Assembly: GCA_965287045.1 (NCBI GenBank)
Contig: OZ336872.1
Coordinates: 104,966,001-105,030,000, forward strand
DNA: 64,000 bases
Direction of reading: 5' to 3'
Source of the DNA: Carcharhinus amblyrhynchos
Lineage: Eukaryota
Position numbers and translations under genes: made by a program
In this document: positions 1-13,629 of the stretch, piece after piece
How the letters are laid out: each line of letters begins with the position of its first letter
Position numbering within the stretch: position 1 is the first letter of the stretch
Notes under the pieces: generated by a model
What the model was told of the DNA's origin: nothing
Database searches by the model: none
The model's input: the letters and a program-made list of their open reading frames with translations, nothing else

Positions 1-985
1 TGGGTTAATGGTCATTTTGAAATAACCACAAATACAAACTGAACCATCTGGTTTCATGGCAGGCTCAATGGAGTAACCCAGTCACTCACTGTAACCAGCT
101 CTAACACACCAGTGTTAACTAGTAATACTAATTCTTCTTCAACATTGAATTGCATATGGCACCACCCTTGCTATAAGGCTTTTTGGTTGATTATTCAGCT
201 TTATCTTGAGTTTCACCTAAAATCCCTTCGTGAGCCACTGTCTCTTTGCATACATTCTTATATTTATCCAGAAAGTGCTGTAGGTCTGTTTTGGCATCGA
301 CCAATCTGTTCACAGCATTCCAGTTAACTTTATTTTTTCCAACCATTATCTTCCAAATAGAGCTGGAAAATTACCTTGGACCATGTGGAGAAGCAACGCC
401 AGTTTGTCCACTCAACACTAAATTGACCATGATGTAACCTTTTGACTGCACAATTGCACCCATGTATGTCCTTAAAATTAAAACAGCTGGTTTTAAAGGA
501 AATTACATCAACTTTTTGTTGATGTATTGTCTCAAGAATTAAAGATACAGCAGCACCAGAATCAACCCTCATCCTAATAAGTTGTCCATTTAACTTTGGA
601 ATCACTCAGAATCTATGTGATTCACCTTGTACGGACAAGACATTCAGTTGGAGATCTTCATCATATTTCGAGACAGTCATAATTCTTTTCTTCTGTATTG
701 TTTTTTTTGTAGAATACAACCTGTTCTTCTTCTTGAAAGTACCAGATAATTCTTCTGAATATTCTTCTTGGGGGAAATTGGTCTAGCCCAACAGGCTTTT
801 GCAATGTGACCCATTTTACCACGACTCTTGCGTTGACGATCCTTGCTCCAGAAATTAATCAATGAATGTCCTATTTTGGCACATCTGTGACATACATGTT
901 GCTGAAAAATGAAATGATTCCCACTGACGGCTCTGACATAATTTCTAACCAGATGTTGAACTTCATTTACAAAAGTTTTTATGGC
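1..985 (-). mobile_element. Decayed Gypsy/Ty3 LTR retrotransposon gag-pol fragment (zinc knuckle, aspartic protease, RT start); continues left of the window
   Basis: Minus-strand translations: CHRCAKIGH and GHIAKAC (CCHC knuckle remnants), RMRVDSGAAVSLI (protease DSG motif), RVVPYA..VEEEL, and MKPDGSVCICGYFKMTINP (RT N-terminus). Frameshifts and stops present. Confidence 0.85.
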
Positions 986-1107
986 CATGAGAATCACACC
1001 ATGCCTGCAGTGGCCTCTCTCTGATTCACTCACTGTGGTTCCACTTAATCATGGGGGGGATCCATATAAACAGCTCCCCAGCATTTGTTCCACCATAACG
1101 GCAGGGA

Positions 1108-2560
1108 ATGGCAGCCAGGAAGCCCACACTATGTATCTCAGAGGGAGCCTGGGAGAGGCTTCTCAATGGAATGGAGCAGAAGTAGGATGCACCCTACCTC
1201 CACTCCAAGAGAAGGCCTCCCACAATGCCGCTCACTGCAAAAGAGGACAGGGCAGCAGTTCTGCAAGATAATGAATGATCTTCTGCACCCAGCTAGGGTA
1301 AGTGAGCCTCCTGCTGTCTTTTTCTGGACAACCTTACACAGTTCCAGCTTCATCTCTCACCCAGCCACTTTGGACTTTGCCAACACCTGTAAGGAGGCCC
1401 TTCTCCCCCCTCCCCAAATCACCATGTTCCCCATCTATTTGCTGCCATATTGCTCAAATTCCAGCTCCCATTCATGACCCACATTTGCCACAACTCATCA
1501 CAATCTTAAATGCTAGCACTCTCGTCTACACTGTCCCTATCTGTTTCATTGCAGGACAAAAAAAACCACAAATGTGAGAAAGCACACCCAGCCAGAGTAA
1601 TGTTGGAGCTTAGAATCCTCACTCCATTCAAGCAGAGAGAACTCGAACTGGCCAAGGAGGAGAAACAAAATACCTACACCGATGGTGAAGGGGTGGCAGC
1701 ACACAAAAATGAGAATCCCCAAGACCCACAGTCATTCTCCAAGTCTCAAGTGACTAATCAATGTTCTCTTCTTTGTCCTCTGTGATGCATTAATGCCATC
1801 GCCCTTCTCTTATCTGCAAAGCAACAAAGCAGGCTGAAACGTTCTCATGCCTCTGGACCCAATCGAGATAAGCAGCTCTGAGGGGGACTTGTTGGACCCT
1901 ACAGCTGAAGAGGCATCACAGCTGTCACCCACACCTGGCACTAGTACAGATACTCACACTTCAGTGGAATTGCTAAATAGACAGGCTTTTGGGTCACTCA
2001 CTGGTGAGCATCTCACAGCTGAAGATCTACAGCAGATGGAGGCAGGGATGTCCCATAGAATTGGAGGGATGCTGGACAGCCAGGACTCTACTGGGCCCCT
2101 GGCTGATGCCATGCCCCCGGATCCAGTCATCCCAGAGCTGATGGAGCTCCAAAGGGATCAGGAAGGGATGATGGCATCCCTTCTTGGATTGCAGGGTTGA
2201 CTGGAGGAGTTCCATCGCCTTCTGTCCAAGGAGATTGTGCTGTCACTCCAGTGCATTGAGGCCAACACAGAGGAGAATGTAGCATGGCATGATAACTGCA
2301 CCATGGGTCAGCTCATGACCTCCATGTTTGAGGGGATGAACTCCATGGTGCAGGACTTCAACTACATGGTGCAGGCATTTGTGGGAATCCATGAGTGTCT
2401 GCACCAGAGGACAGTGGGGCTTCTGGACCTCACTCTGGCTGCCCCTGTATCCTGTGGAGGAGCACTGGGTCCATCACGCATTCAAAGGGATGAGGATTGT
2501 CTGGTGCACGGCCCGGGGCCTTCCACCTGGGCCTATCTGAGCCCTCCCTTTCTGTGAGTG
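1108..2560 (+). pseudogene. Decayed Myb/SANT-like DNA-binding gene of a PIF/Harbinger transposon
   Basis: MAARKPTLCISEGAWERLLNG... and KRTGQQFCKIMNDLLHPAR|gtaagt (RT..QC.K..NDL motif plus donor). Next exon after gcag reads LRILTPFKQRELELAKEE, followed by a low-complexity/coiled-coil tail (ORFs 1847-2557). Confidence 0.65.
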
Positions 2561-2899
2561 ACACTCCTACAGCCCTACGCACTGGTGAGGGCAGCATGAA
2601 AGGGACCCAAGATGTAACTGTCCTGGGCACTCCCCAGGAAATGGGCATGCACATGTATGATTCACATTGATAGATATTGATGGAGGGGAATTGCTTGCTG
2701 TTCCTGAATGGCGCTGCATGTCGCCATGGTGACTTAAGAATCATGTGGGTGCTGTCTATCAGACTTTGCATCTGGGGCATCCCTGCTAGCTGGATGAAGC
2801 CTACGACTCTGCATCCTAGCTCGCCTACTCCCAGTCAAAGTTAATAAACATTTCAACCCTGGCATAAAGAGCATTTGCCACTTCACGAATACATAACAT

Positions 2900-3198
2900 G
2901 GGTGGCATGGTGGCACAGTCGTTAGCACTACTGCCTCACAGTGCCAGCAACCTGGGTCAGATTCCAAGCTTGGGTCATGTCTGTGCAGAGTCTGCATGTT
3001 CTCTCTGTGTCTGTGTGGGTTTCCTCCAGGTGCTCCAATTCCCTTCCACAATCCAAAAGATGTGCTGGGTAGGTGCACTGGCCATGCTAAATTCTCCCAC
3101 AGTGTACCCAAACAGGTACTGAAATGTGGCGACTAGGGGATTTTCACAGTAACTTCATTGCAGTGTTAATGTAAGCCTACTTGCCTCCCTAATAAATA
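2900..3198 (+). mobile_element. V-SINE (HE1-like head) with tail type A
   Basis: tRNA-derived head GGTGGCACAGT.GTTAGCAC, V-domain GTGGGTTTCCTCC.GGTGCTCC, tail GACTAGGGGATTTTCACAGTAACTTCATTGCAGTGTTAATGTAAGCCTACTTG...AATAAATA. Confidence 0.85.
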
Positions 3199-3239
3199 GA
3201 TGTATAAATGGAAAATACATTTGTAAGTGGCAAACTAGG

Positions 3240-5260
3240 TGATGCCACCGATGACTCTTAGCTAGCCTGAAACAAGCCACTAGCATAAAAGTTCAGAGTG
3301 ACTGTAAATATCAGAGTCACAGGCATTGGGTATCCTTCAGCTCCGTGCAGTGTCAGTGTGGCAGGGGTGGTCCACTGTCCGTGGGATGGACACAGTCTTC
3401 TCCGGCACTGCAGCTCAGACAACTGAAGCAGGAACATCACCGTCGGAAGATTCTTGGCTGGTACCGTCGCCGATGTTGCAACTCTAGGCGTGCTGCTGCT
3501 CCCTGAGCTATTTCAGGATGCTGATCCTGGCTATGCGCAGCAGCACGTCATTATCTCTGATGCTGGTCAATCCTGATCAGTAGAAAGGCCAACTCAACAG
3601 GCTCCAGGATTCTGGTGTATCATGCACTGAAAGCGTGAGAACATCTCAGCGAGCACTGAGGAGGTCTAACAGACTCCTGACCCTCATCACTTCGTGCATT
3701 TGTGACTTCCATTCCAGTTCTTTCCGTTACCTGGGTGAATTTCTGTTCTCCCTCACAGCACTTCCTCTGACACGACAGCCACATCCCTACATAGTTTCCC
3801 CTATACTCCAGCAGGATGATAGTGTCGAGCCTCTTTTGACTCATGGCATCTGACCCACACATTCTACCCCCCCCACCACCTCCCACCACCCACCCCATCT
3901 TTCAATCCCCCTCCCCCACCACCAGCCACAGAGCATAAGTCTGACCTCGCATAGCGTTATAATGCATCCAGGAGAATGCACGACAACAAGGCCTGCATCC
4001 TGACAGGGCAGCTCAAAATGTTACCAGCCATGATATTGAACAGGGGGAATGGTGTCACCATCCTTCCTTGCCTGGGGGTTCTCCGCAATGCAAGCTGTGT
4101 ACTGCTGAGGCTTGAATTGAAAGACGCATCTACCTTCTTGGGTCTTGGTGTTCCGAAGGGTTCACATTTGCTCTGGACTGTGCAACTTGATCTAGCTCTG
4201 AATATTAAACTGGCATGCTGGACGCCTCAAAGAATCATTAGTTATTCGCTCTGGCAATGACATTCACCCTGATGATATACAGCTGAATCCTGAGAGGTTT
4301 GCAATTAGCTTTGCAATCAATTCCCTAGAGGAGAGCCTCATTCTTTGGGGTCTTCAATGATGCGTAGTTATACAGCTTTGCACGAGAGCAGTATATGCCT
4401 TTGCATTCTTGCACTTGACAGTCAGAGTTTGCAGAGAAGTGGATTCAAACTTCCTGTCTAGTAATCCCCCTTTGGCCTCACACCAGTGAGGCTTGTAAGT
4501 TTCACTGAATTCACCGTTCCCCAAGTGAGAGGATCTTTAGACCTCATGAGGCAGGGTAGCTTCCCATCACTGATACCCCCACACTCCCATTGCAGTCTGG
4601 CCTCTCCTAAGGCAGAACCCCAGGACCCCATAGTTGCTCCCAGTACTGCCACTCTGCTGTGGGCACCTTCCACCTAGTTTGCAGCTCCCAGTAAGGAAGG
4701 GCACCCACTCAGCTACTGTTTGAGCAGTAACCCAGCATGGAGGAACTGGGAAACAATGCCTGCTTGGCAGCCAGAGCAGGGGGTAATCTAATTTGAAGAA
4801 AGGCTAAGCCTCTGAGTGTCCCACCCACATCCCAAACAATGTCCTCACTTGATGGTGACGGTGACCTTTATCCCCAGCCCTGAGCTACACTTCTGTTGAT
4901 CCCCAGCCTTCTTCCTGTTGCCCCTTGAATGTTGGACTGCGCAAGAAGTAATAGCCACCTGAGCACTCACTTCTAATATCCCCTTCAAACTTGATGTTGC
5001 CAAATTCAAGGTATAGCTGTTGTAAATGGCACAGATTGAGGTCATGTCAGGGTTAGGTGAATATTCAATGAGACCTCAATATGACTGTTCGCTTACTATA
5101 TGCTGACGCATATAATAAGCAATATGTTCCTCATCACTCCATGGGCGAGGTTTGTTTAAAATCATAAAACATAATCTGGCTGGTGAGAATTACATTTTTC
5201 TTCAGGTTTTGAGCCCACCCTGCCATTCCCACAGACGGAGAGTGGGCTCATGATCTCATC
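3240..5260 (-). mobile_element. Probable remainder of a Harbinger-type element (highly decayed transposase-side sequence)
   Basis: Weak minus-strand resemblance near 3970-4150 to HARBI-type motifs (CTHVALR.P; RKG.HS.N..LV). Adjacent to and convergent with the Myb/SANT gene. Confidence 0.3.
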
Positions 5261-5389
5261 GATTTATTTGAAGAGATGTTCCCTGGACTGCGTAGCATAT
5301 AAAACTGAAAATAAAACAGCGGCCTCTATCAAAACCCAAGTGACATCACCATCAAATCATGTGATCAGCTCATACACTAACCTGCAAAC

Positions 5390-6005
5390 CTCTTAAATAT
5401 ATAACATCTCCCATATTATACCCTCCATAGATTTAAAGTCATCCAAAACTCTGCTGCCCATGCCTTCAGTCCCCTTCTTCCTTACCTCTTGCTGAATAAA
5501 CGATGTTGGCTCCTGGTGAAACAAAGCCTTGACTTTAAAATTCTCATTTGTGATCTTGCCCTTCCCTATCTCTAGAAGCTCCTCCAGCCCCACAACTCTC
5601 CAATAAATTTGTTTTCCTTTAATTCTGGTCTCTTGTGCATACCCAATTGTAAATACCGCACCAGTGGTGATCAGTTACCTCTGCTCCAAGCTCTGGAATT
5701 CTCTCCCTGCACCTCTCCACATTTCTACCTTGCTTTCTTCCTTTTAGACACTCCTTGAAGCCTGCCCCTTTGATCTTTGGTCATCTGACCTACATATCAG
5801 AATTCTACCAGCCCACCTGCGACAGAATAGGAACGGGTGAGGGGTGGATAACAGAAACGCCTGTTGACCTCGGGTGGGAATTTCCAGTCTCGCTCAAGCG
5901 AGGCTGTAAAATCCCGCCCAGAATTTCCTTTGGTGGTTTTGGTGTCATACGTTGTGAAGCATCTTGGGAAATTGTTTTTTCTCTATAGAAGCTGATGTAA
6001 ATGCT
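5390..6005 (+). mobile_element. L2-like LINE 3' fragment with a MITE inserted at about 5797-5920
   Basis: CTCTGGAATTCTCTCCC...TCCTTTTAGACACTCCTTGAA and the 3' end TGTGAAGCATCTTGGG resemble L2 tails. The internal segment ends AAAATCCCGCCC. Confidence 0.5.
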
Positions 6006-6696
6006 ACCATACTTTTAGTATAAGTGTGACCAAGAAAACTCTAGCAAATATCCTAAATGTAGAAATGTAATTTAAACCTTTTCTTTAATATGAACAAAAT
6101 TGTTGCTCTCTGGGAATCAGTGATGGGTTATAGACTTGAATCACCGAACAGTGCCTTTTTGTCTTTGGAGTATGAAGTTGTTTCCCACATTGTGATACTC
6201 GTGAAATTTTCTAGTAACACTATATTAGATGTGGGGGAGGGTTTGAAGTACTGTAGTGAATATTGCTATATAGACTGATTTCCTCTATAAAGCTGCCTTT
6301 TGCTTTAGGCAACTACACTGCTCCCTTTGTCCGTTTTTTTTTAAAACACAAGCCAAACACAAGATGCAGTATTCCACGGATGAAAAGTAAAAGACTTCTG
6401 TACTGCAACGTTCCCAATACTCCTGAATTTCTTTTAAGATCCATTACATTGTAATGTTAAATCTGTGATAAACTGTTCCTTGCACACTAAATAGTGAAGT
6501 GTTGGCAGGAATTTGTCGTCATTAATCTCTGATGCACTGCAACCATCAAAGGAATAGAACTGCACTAATTCAAATAAGGAGACATGAAATAATAGCAGCT
6601 TGTCCATATGTTAAAAGATTAAAGTTTGCTTTGATTGCCCCTTTGCTTCATTTGCCCCTTTTCTGTGACTTTTAGTTACGAAATAAATTATGCTGG

Positions 6697-6973
6697 TTTA
6701 AATTTATTTGTGTCACAAGTAGACTTACATTAACATTGCAATGAAATTCCTGTGAAAATCCCCTCGTTGCCACACTCTGCTGCCTGTTCAGGCACTCTGA
6801 GGGACAATTTAGTATGGTCAGTGCACCTAACCAGCATGTCTTTCAAACTATGGGAGGAAACCCATGCTGACACAAGGAGAATGTGAAGACTCCGCGCAGG
6901 CAGTGACCCAGATTAGGAATCAAACCTCGGTCCCTGGTGCTGTTAGGTAGCAAGGCTGACCACTGTGCCACCC
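6697..6973 (-). mobile_element. V-SINE, tail type A
   Basis: Reverse complement of the 2900-3198 element, with a small internal deletion. Confidence 0.85.
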
Positions 6974-7514
6974 ATAAAAAAAATTGTTCTTGTTGTATAT
7001 TGCTTCCTATCGCACAAACATCTTTAACTAAGAACTATTAAGTTTTTCAAATGTATGAAAATAATAGATGAATATTCAGATTAATGTTAGTTTTAAAATG
7101 ATTTACGTCAACTGATACAATAATGAGGAATCAGCCACTTGGTCTGTGCCAATGTACAGATAATATCAAAACTTACAGAATGAAGATGAATGATAAAGTA
7201 CAATGAAGACCACGCCATATCGAATCACACATTTTAGTAATGAGAAAAGGAGAGAATAGCAAGATCACTCAAATATGCTTTTTTGCATCAAATAACAATA
7301 GTCTTAACAGAAGGCCATTTAAAAGCCCAGATCTTCATTAGGTAAAAGGTTAACAAAAGTTGTTGTTATACTTTGAAATGACTGTACACCAAACTGGCTC
7401 CAGATCCCAAACCACATTTGTACCACTAGCACATGTTGCTAGGCATTTGGATATCACTACATACAGTTCTGTCCTCTTGACTGATTTAATATTTGAATTC
7501 AATGGTAGTAAGGT

Positions 7515-8509
7515 TATTTTCCTTTATTCTTTCTGAGGAAGGCCAACATTTGTCACCAACCTCCAATCGTCCTCGAAGTGATTGGCTTCTGAGGCCATTT
7601 CAGAGGAAAGTTAAGAATATGGTACGTTGGTCTTCATAGCAAGAGGATTTGAATAGATGGATAGGGATGTTTTGCTGCGATTGTATAGGACATTGGTGAG
7701 GCCACACCTGGAGTATTATGTGTAGTTTTGGTGTCCTTTTCTGAGGGAAGATATCCATGCTGCACAGGCAGTACAGCAAATGTTTGCCAGGCTGATTCAT
7801 GGAATGGCTGGTCTCTCATATGAGAAGTTAAGTTGGTCTGGATTATATTCACTGGAGTTTAGAAGAGTAAGAGGGGACCTCATAGAAACCTATAAAATTC
7901 TAACAGGGTTAAACATGGTAGATTCAGAAAGAATGTTCCCAATGGTGGGGGAGTCCAGAACTAGAGGACATAAGGGATAAAACTTTTAGAATTGAGGTGA
8001 GGAGAAATACCTTCACCCAAAGGGTGGGGAATGTGTGGAATTCACAATTAGAGACAGTAGTTGAGGCCAAAACGTGTCTGATTTCAAGAAAAAATGAGAA
8101 AAAGCTCTGGAGCTGAAGGGATCAAAGGATATGGGGGAAAGGGGGATCAGGAGATTGATTTTGATGATCAGCCATGATCAAAATGAATGGTGGAGCAGGT
8201 TCAAAGGGCCAAATGGCCTTTTCATGTTTTTAGTTTCTATATTTCTATGAATCAACCATGTTGCTGTGGGGAGGTCACACCAGATAGAAATGGGCAATTT
8301 CCTTCCCCAAATGGACATGAATGAATGGGTTTTATGATAATCAACAGTGACTTCATGGTCACCATTTGACTGGCTTTTAATTGCAGATTTTTATTAATTG
8401 AATTTAAATTCCACCTACTGGGATTTTAACCCATATTGCCAAAGCATTATCCTAGGATACTGATTACTAGTCCATGCAGTGATATTACCACCATGCTATC
8501 ACCTCCCCA
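7515..8509 (-). mobile_element. Older tRNA-derived SINE interrupted by a CR1 fragment
   Basis: Host sequence GGCCATTTCAGAGG..GTTAAGA breaks at about 7618 and resumes TCAACCA.GTTGCTGTGGG at about 8251. Minus-strand head ends ACCACCATGCTATCACCTCCC. Similar to 20015-20380. Confidence 0.6.
7619..8250 (+). mobile_element. CR1-clade LINE (HER1-like) 3' fragment
   Basis: RT C-terminal motifs LVRPHLEY and GLYSLEFRRVRGDLIETYKIL...SRTRGH; (TTTCTAT)n tail. Confidence 0.9.
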
Positions 8510-10835
8510 TAAAGGTCCAATGTGTATGGTGCAAAAGGTAACATTTTTCAGCTTAAATTGACTTTGATAATCAACTATAAAACAAAAACATGTATTTTAT
8601 TATTTGGTAAAATAAACCTATAAATTCTGGTATTACCACACATTTATTTGGCAAATTATCTTTTTGATAGTGAGAAGGTTGATTTTTAAAGATATACAGA
8701 GTCTAAGAGAAGCCGTTTACCAAAAAATGTGAACAGGATGAGGCAGAAATAAAAAGACTTATCTAAATTGGTGTGTGTGTGCGTAGATCTGAAATAACTG
8801 TATCAAACTCTCAGTGCTTGAACAGGAACAGATAAAGTCCTGCCACATTACACCCATTAAATATTGTATTCATTTATGTTCCCATGAGCTTAGGGAGCAA
8901 ATCATGTTTTAAAGTTATTCAATTATGATACAGGCACATTTAAGCAATTACCTGTTTAATACAGTTATAGCTTGAATGTTTTATGTTTTAAATTACTCAG
9001 ATGTAGCAAAAAGTCTGAAACCTATTTACATTGCGTTATTGTATTTGAAGTCAAACCCATGTACGTTCTCTCCCTTTTGCCTACACAGCTTTGTCTTTTC
9101 AAAACTGATCATTAATCTCACGGGTTTTAGTGTTTTTTTTGCAATAAACTGTGACATTACAGAACGTGTATATTGATTGATGACTGTTAACATTCTGCAG
9201 GAAATAAGCTTCAAAGAAAATGCAGTTCTCAAGGAGTTAATGGGGCACATGCATGCTGTAAATTTCTGAATGAGTAGTTTCCTGTGTTTTTCTCTGCCAG
9301 AAAGCGGTTGGAGAATGAAACTCGTAATGAGGGGCTGTTAGCACAAAACAGCTACAAATCCGTTTTGAAAAGATCCTCACAGAGAGGGTCCATCATCACA
9401 CCTCAGGGTTAGACATGCAAATGATCACACCTGCCACCGTCAAATGTCACATACTCATGTGTTTGCAAAAGAATTCTCACCATTGCAGTGATAGGAAATG
9501 GAGCTTACAGAGAGATATTACTGAAGTTATGTATAATGTAATGAGGAAAATCTGTTTGAAATGTTGTGTGAGATGTACCATCCTAATGAAGATTGTCTGG
9601 ATAGAGGCAGTTAAGACAGATAATGGATTGAACTAAATCTTTTTGAGTAGAGATGTTCATTTTGAAACTAGTCTGATTTTTGTTTAGCTTTATATTGTCA
9701 GGGATCAAAGTTAACCCCGATGGTTTATAGAAAATAATGTAGTATTTTGTTAAATACACTAATGCTTCAAACTGAGGATGCTTTTAATTAGAGGTGTTAT
9801 TTATTATTATACATAGAAATTAATATAATATTGCATGAAGTGGCTTTGAATTTACACACGTGTCAAAAATTAATCAGTGTGCTTCAATGCAAGCACAACT
9901 CATCTCATGCCTTCCTGATAAAAGTGTGAAACTATTTTTAATGACAGGAAAATGATTTCAGAGGATATGGCTACCATTTTAAAACAAACTGGTGGCTGTT
10001 TCCCACTAATAATAACTGTGACCTAAAGTTCATTTCCATTGTTTCTGACTTGGACACTGAGAATGATACGAAGCAGCTTTTCTCCTGATGGCATTTGTAA
10101 CCTGGATGTGGATGGTCAGTTTTTGCCTTGCTCAGAACAGGATGGGTCTGGGCACTCGACTCATTGCTGTCATCTTGAATTGGAGAGATCTTTTAAATAA
10201 GAAAAAAAGAAAATAAACCGTGCCTAGAGCAACATCCCTGAACCCTTTTTATTTACTTCCTTTCTGGTTTCTATTCTGACCTTTATTTTATGTTAAAATG
10301 AATGGTAGTAAGAAGGCGCTGCTGAATACAATGGCATGTGCTTGAGATAGCAGATGGTTGTATGGTGACAGCAGTATTCGTAGGTGGACAGCTAGTACAG
10401 GTTAAATAAAACGTTCATCAGAAGAACCATCAGAAGAATGTGCCACTTCAGCAACAGAACAGACAACAAATCAACTTCTGGTTGAAAGAGAATGGAAAGA
10501 ATTTGAAACATAAGGTGCTGCCTGCACATTAATGTAAAACTTCAGTCTGCATTCCACCCCTGTGTGGTGTATGTGTGGGAGTGGGCAGTAAAGTACAATA
10601 GACTCAATTAGCAAAGTGTAGATCTTCCCGCTTTCGTTTGGTGAAAACTGTGCCTTTCAATTTCATTCTTGTTTAAACATCTCCTGAACTAACATGCATG
10701 ATTTATTTACACTGTTTCGACTGAACATCAATCCTGTAATCAATACATATTACAGTAAACCACAGAATGATCAAGACTGTCAATGGTAACTTTTCCATCA
10801 CACTTTAACCCCAAAGGAAGTGAAATGGACTGCAT

Positions 10836-11156
10836 TCATAGAATCACAGAATTCCTACAATACAGCAGGAGGCCATTCAGCCCATTGAGACAGCACCGAC
10901 AATAATCCCAACCAGCCCGATCTCTGTAACCCCACGTATTTACCCTGCTAATCTCCCTGACAAGGGGCAACTTAGCATGGTCAATCCACCTAACCTGCAC
11001 ATCTTTGAAGTGTGGGAGGAAACCGGAGCACCCAGAGGAAACCCATGCAGATACTTGGAGAATGTGCAAACTCCACACAGACGGTGAACCAAGCCTGGAA
11101 TTGAACCTGGGTTGTTGGCACTGTCAGCAGTACTAACCACTGTGTCACTGTGCTGC
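10836..11156 (-). mobile_element. V-SINE (HE1) with CR1-type tail B
   Basis: Head and V-domain, then minus-strand tail GGGCTGAATGGCCTCCTGCTG...ATTCTATGA. Confidence 0.85.
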
Positions 11157-11498
11157 ATCGTGTTTTGTGTAGGAGATTTATAACACATGAACCATTATTT
11201 CTCAATGTCCCCAGCAATTTGAAAATTATGTTATTTTCTTTCAGTTTAAACCATGCAGAATTTAACTTTTTCTTGATTGCCACACCCAAACAACAATCAT
11301 GAAAAATGAAAAACCTTTGAAGCAAACCAAGCTGAAGCCTTCTTTTAAAAACTATTAGCTACTTGATGATTATGTGCCCAGTGAAACCTCAGGTGATATT
11401 AAACATGCATGGTTAGTTGAAATGAACAATTAGAATTCAAATAGAGTAACATCACTTTCACAGCCATAGGCTGAGTTCTTGGGGCAGATTATCATGTA

Positions 11499-12470
11499 AA
11501 CATAAAGAATAGGAATAGGAATCGACCACATGGCCCCTGGAGCTTGCTCCACCATTCAATAAGACCTTGGCTGATCTTTTGTCTGGACTTCATCACTTTC
11601 CATTTCCTTTGATTCCCTGAGAGAGCTAAAATGTATTGATCACAGCCTTAAATGCACTCAACTTTGAAGCATTTGTTGGCGCAGAGAATTCCAAAGGTTC
11701 AAAATGCTCTGGGCAGGATTTTCTGGCCATGCACGCCCCAAGACCAGAAAATCCCGCCTGAGATCAATGGACCTTTGCATAATCTATAATTCCCATGGCA
11801 GCAGTGCTAACTACTGTACCACTGTTGCTGCACAGTGTTTTATGTGGGAGATTTGTAATACATGAACCATTACTTCTCAGTTTCTCCAGTGGGACGGGAA
11901 CAGTCCGCCCTCTCAGTGAGGAAATTTCTCCTTATCTCAGGCTCCAGAATCATCGACTCCTCATCCTGCGACTGTGTCCCCCATGTCCTTGATTCCCTAG
12001 GCAGGGGCAACAACCTCTTGATGTTTACCTTGTTTAGGCCCTTCCACAGTATTGCATTTTTAAATGAGATTTCCTCTTGTTCTTCTAAACTCCAGAGAAT
12101 ATTGATTCAGTTTAGCCATAGTTTTTTATGCACTGCCCTCCTTCAGCTCTCTGTGAAGTACAGAGCTCCTGAATGGAATCCTCAGTTTATTTGACTGGCA
12201 TTTAAGTTCATTGAGAAAGGGGGCATCTCTCTCAAATGCAAACAAAGGAAACAGAAGCCGGTGTAGACCCTGTGGCCTGCTGAAGTTGTTCCTCCATTCA
12301 ATGTGATCATGGATAACCTTCGGCTTTGACTCCACCCAACTTCTCCCCAAATCCCTTGATTCCTTGTGAGACCAGAAATCCATTGAATTCAGACTTAAAT
12401 ATATTCAATGATCCACTATATATATATATTCACAGTATCCACAATGATCTGGGGAAGGAAAATAAGGACA
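11499..12470 (-). mobile_element. Cluster of CR1 3'-end fragments (about 11499-11710, 11850-12110, 12240-12470) with a MITE piece at 11711-11790
   Basis: CATAAAGAATAGGAATAGGA..CCATTCAATAAGA.C.TGGCTGATC tails; GAAATTTCTCCTTATCTCAG; TTCTTCTAAACTCCAGAGAAT. Confidence 0.65.
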
Positions 12471-12479
12471 ATAAATATT

Positions 12480-13007
12480 GAGTGAGATTCTCTGGCCTCC
12501 CCAGCGTTTTTCTCCATGGCGAGAGATGACATGCCATTTGGTGGTACTGGGATCCTATTGGTCCCACCGCTATCACTGGGACTTCCCATTGAAGTCACTC
12601 AATGCCGCTGGGAAACCCGCAAAAGGGGGTGTGCCATTGATGGGATCAGAAAAGTTTTAACGCTTATTTATTAGTGTCACAAGCAGGCTTACGCTAACAC
12701 TGCAATGAAGCTACTGTGAAAATAGCCTAGTAGCCACACTCCAGCGCCCATTCGGTTACACTGAGGGAGAATTTAGCATGGCCAATATACCTAATCAGTG
12801 CGTCTTTCGGACTGTGGCAGGAAACCGGAGCACCCGGAGGAAACCCACACAGACATGGGCAAAACATGCAGACTCTGCACAGAGAGTGGCCCAAGCCAGG
12901 AATTGAACCCGGGTCCTTGGCACTGCGAGGCAGCAGTGCTAACCGCTGTGCCAATGTGCCGCCCCGAAGAGGATCCTGCCAATATGAACGGCCAGAGAAT
13001 TCTGGCC
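12480..13007. mobile_element. Short non-autonomous DNA element (MITE) split by a V-SINE insertion
   Basis: Inverted ends GAGATTCTCTGGCC ... GGCCAGAGAATTCTGGCC; related to 13630-13775. Confidence 0.55.
12664..12965 (-). mobile_element. V-SINE, tail type A (young; CpGs retained)
   Basis: Full head (B box GGTTCAATTCC on the minus strand), V-domain and tail ...GTGACACTAATAAATAA. Confidence 0.9.
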
Positions 13008-13629
13008 ATTGTATTACTCTCCCTTCTTCCATTGTGCAGTGCTCCTCCACCTCCATTATAATTGTAAACAAGGGAATACCTATGGGGAATGTCATAACAG
13101 CATTTGGAATTTCTTACCTTAGTAGCTGTGAACTGTTTCCATTGATCCCATCTGCTCGAAAGCTATTAGGTTCAAGTCCAGCTTCAAACAGGCAAAAGTA
13201 ACAATAAACATTTTAAAAGTTCTGTAACTCTGGCAGTCTCTCATGAAAGTTTCTTCAGCCTACAGAATATAGGTTCCAAAGTCAAACCCCGCTGCTAATC
13301 TCAGTTGCTACTGGCAATAAGCCTCTTTTATACTGTTGCAACTTACTTCTGATACATTGCCGGTGTAACTTCAAGGATTTTATTTGGTTAGTATCAGATT
13401 CCTGCATTTATATTTATTTAAAATAGCTGCTTGCAGAACCAGTGGCTGCACTAAGGTGGAAGTGCCGGTGACAATCAGAAGTTATGTCCCTGCAATAATT
13501 GGATGGAAAGCAACAGTAAAGGGTCTAGTACAGAAGTCCACTGCTGAAAATGCTTTTGTGCTAAAATAGAACCCCAGAAGTACAATAAAAAATACAACTA
13601 ATTTTGGAGTTACTATCTTCAGGACATCT

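Noticed and set aside
12727-13201. Recurrent similar ORFs (e.g. LALLPHSA, CGFPPGAPVS, RKPEHPEET), also at 2734-3122, 20411, 42074 and 62957
   Set aside because: These are translations of V-SINE copies, not a protein family.
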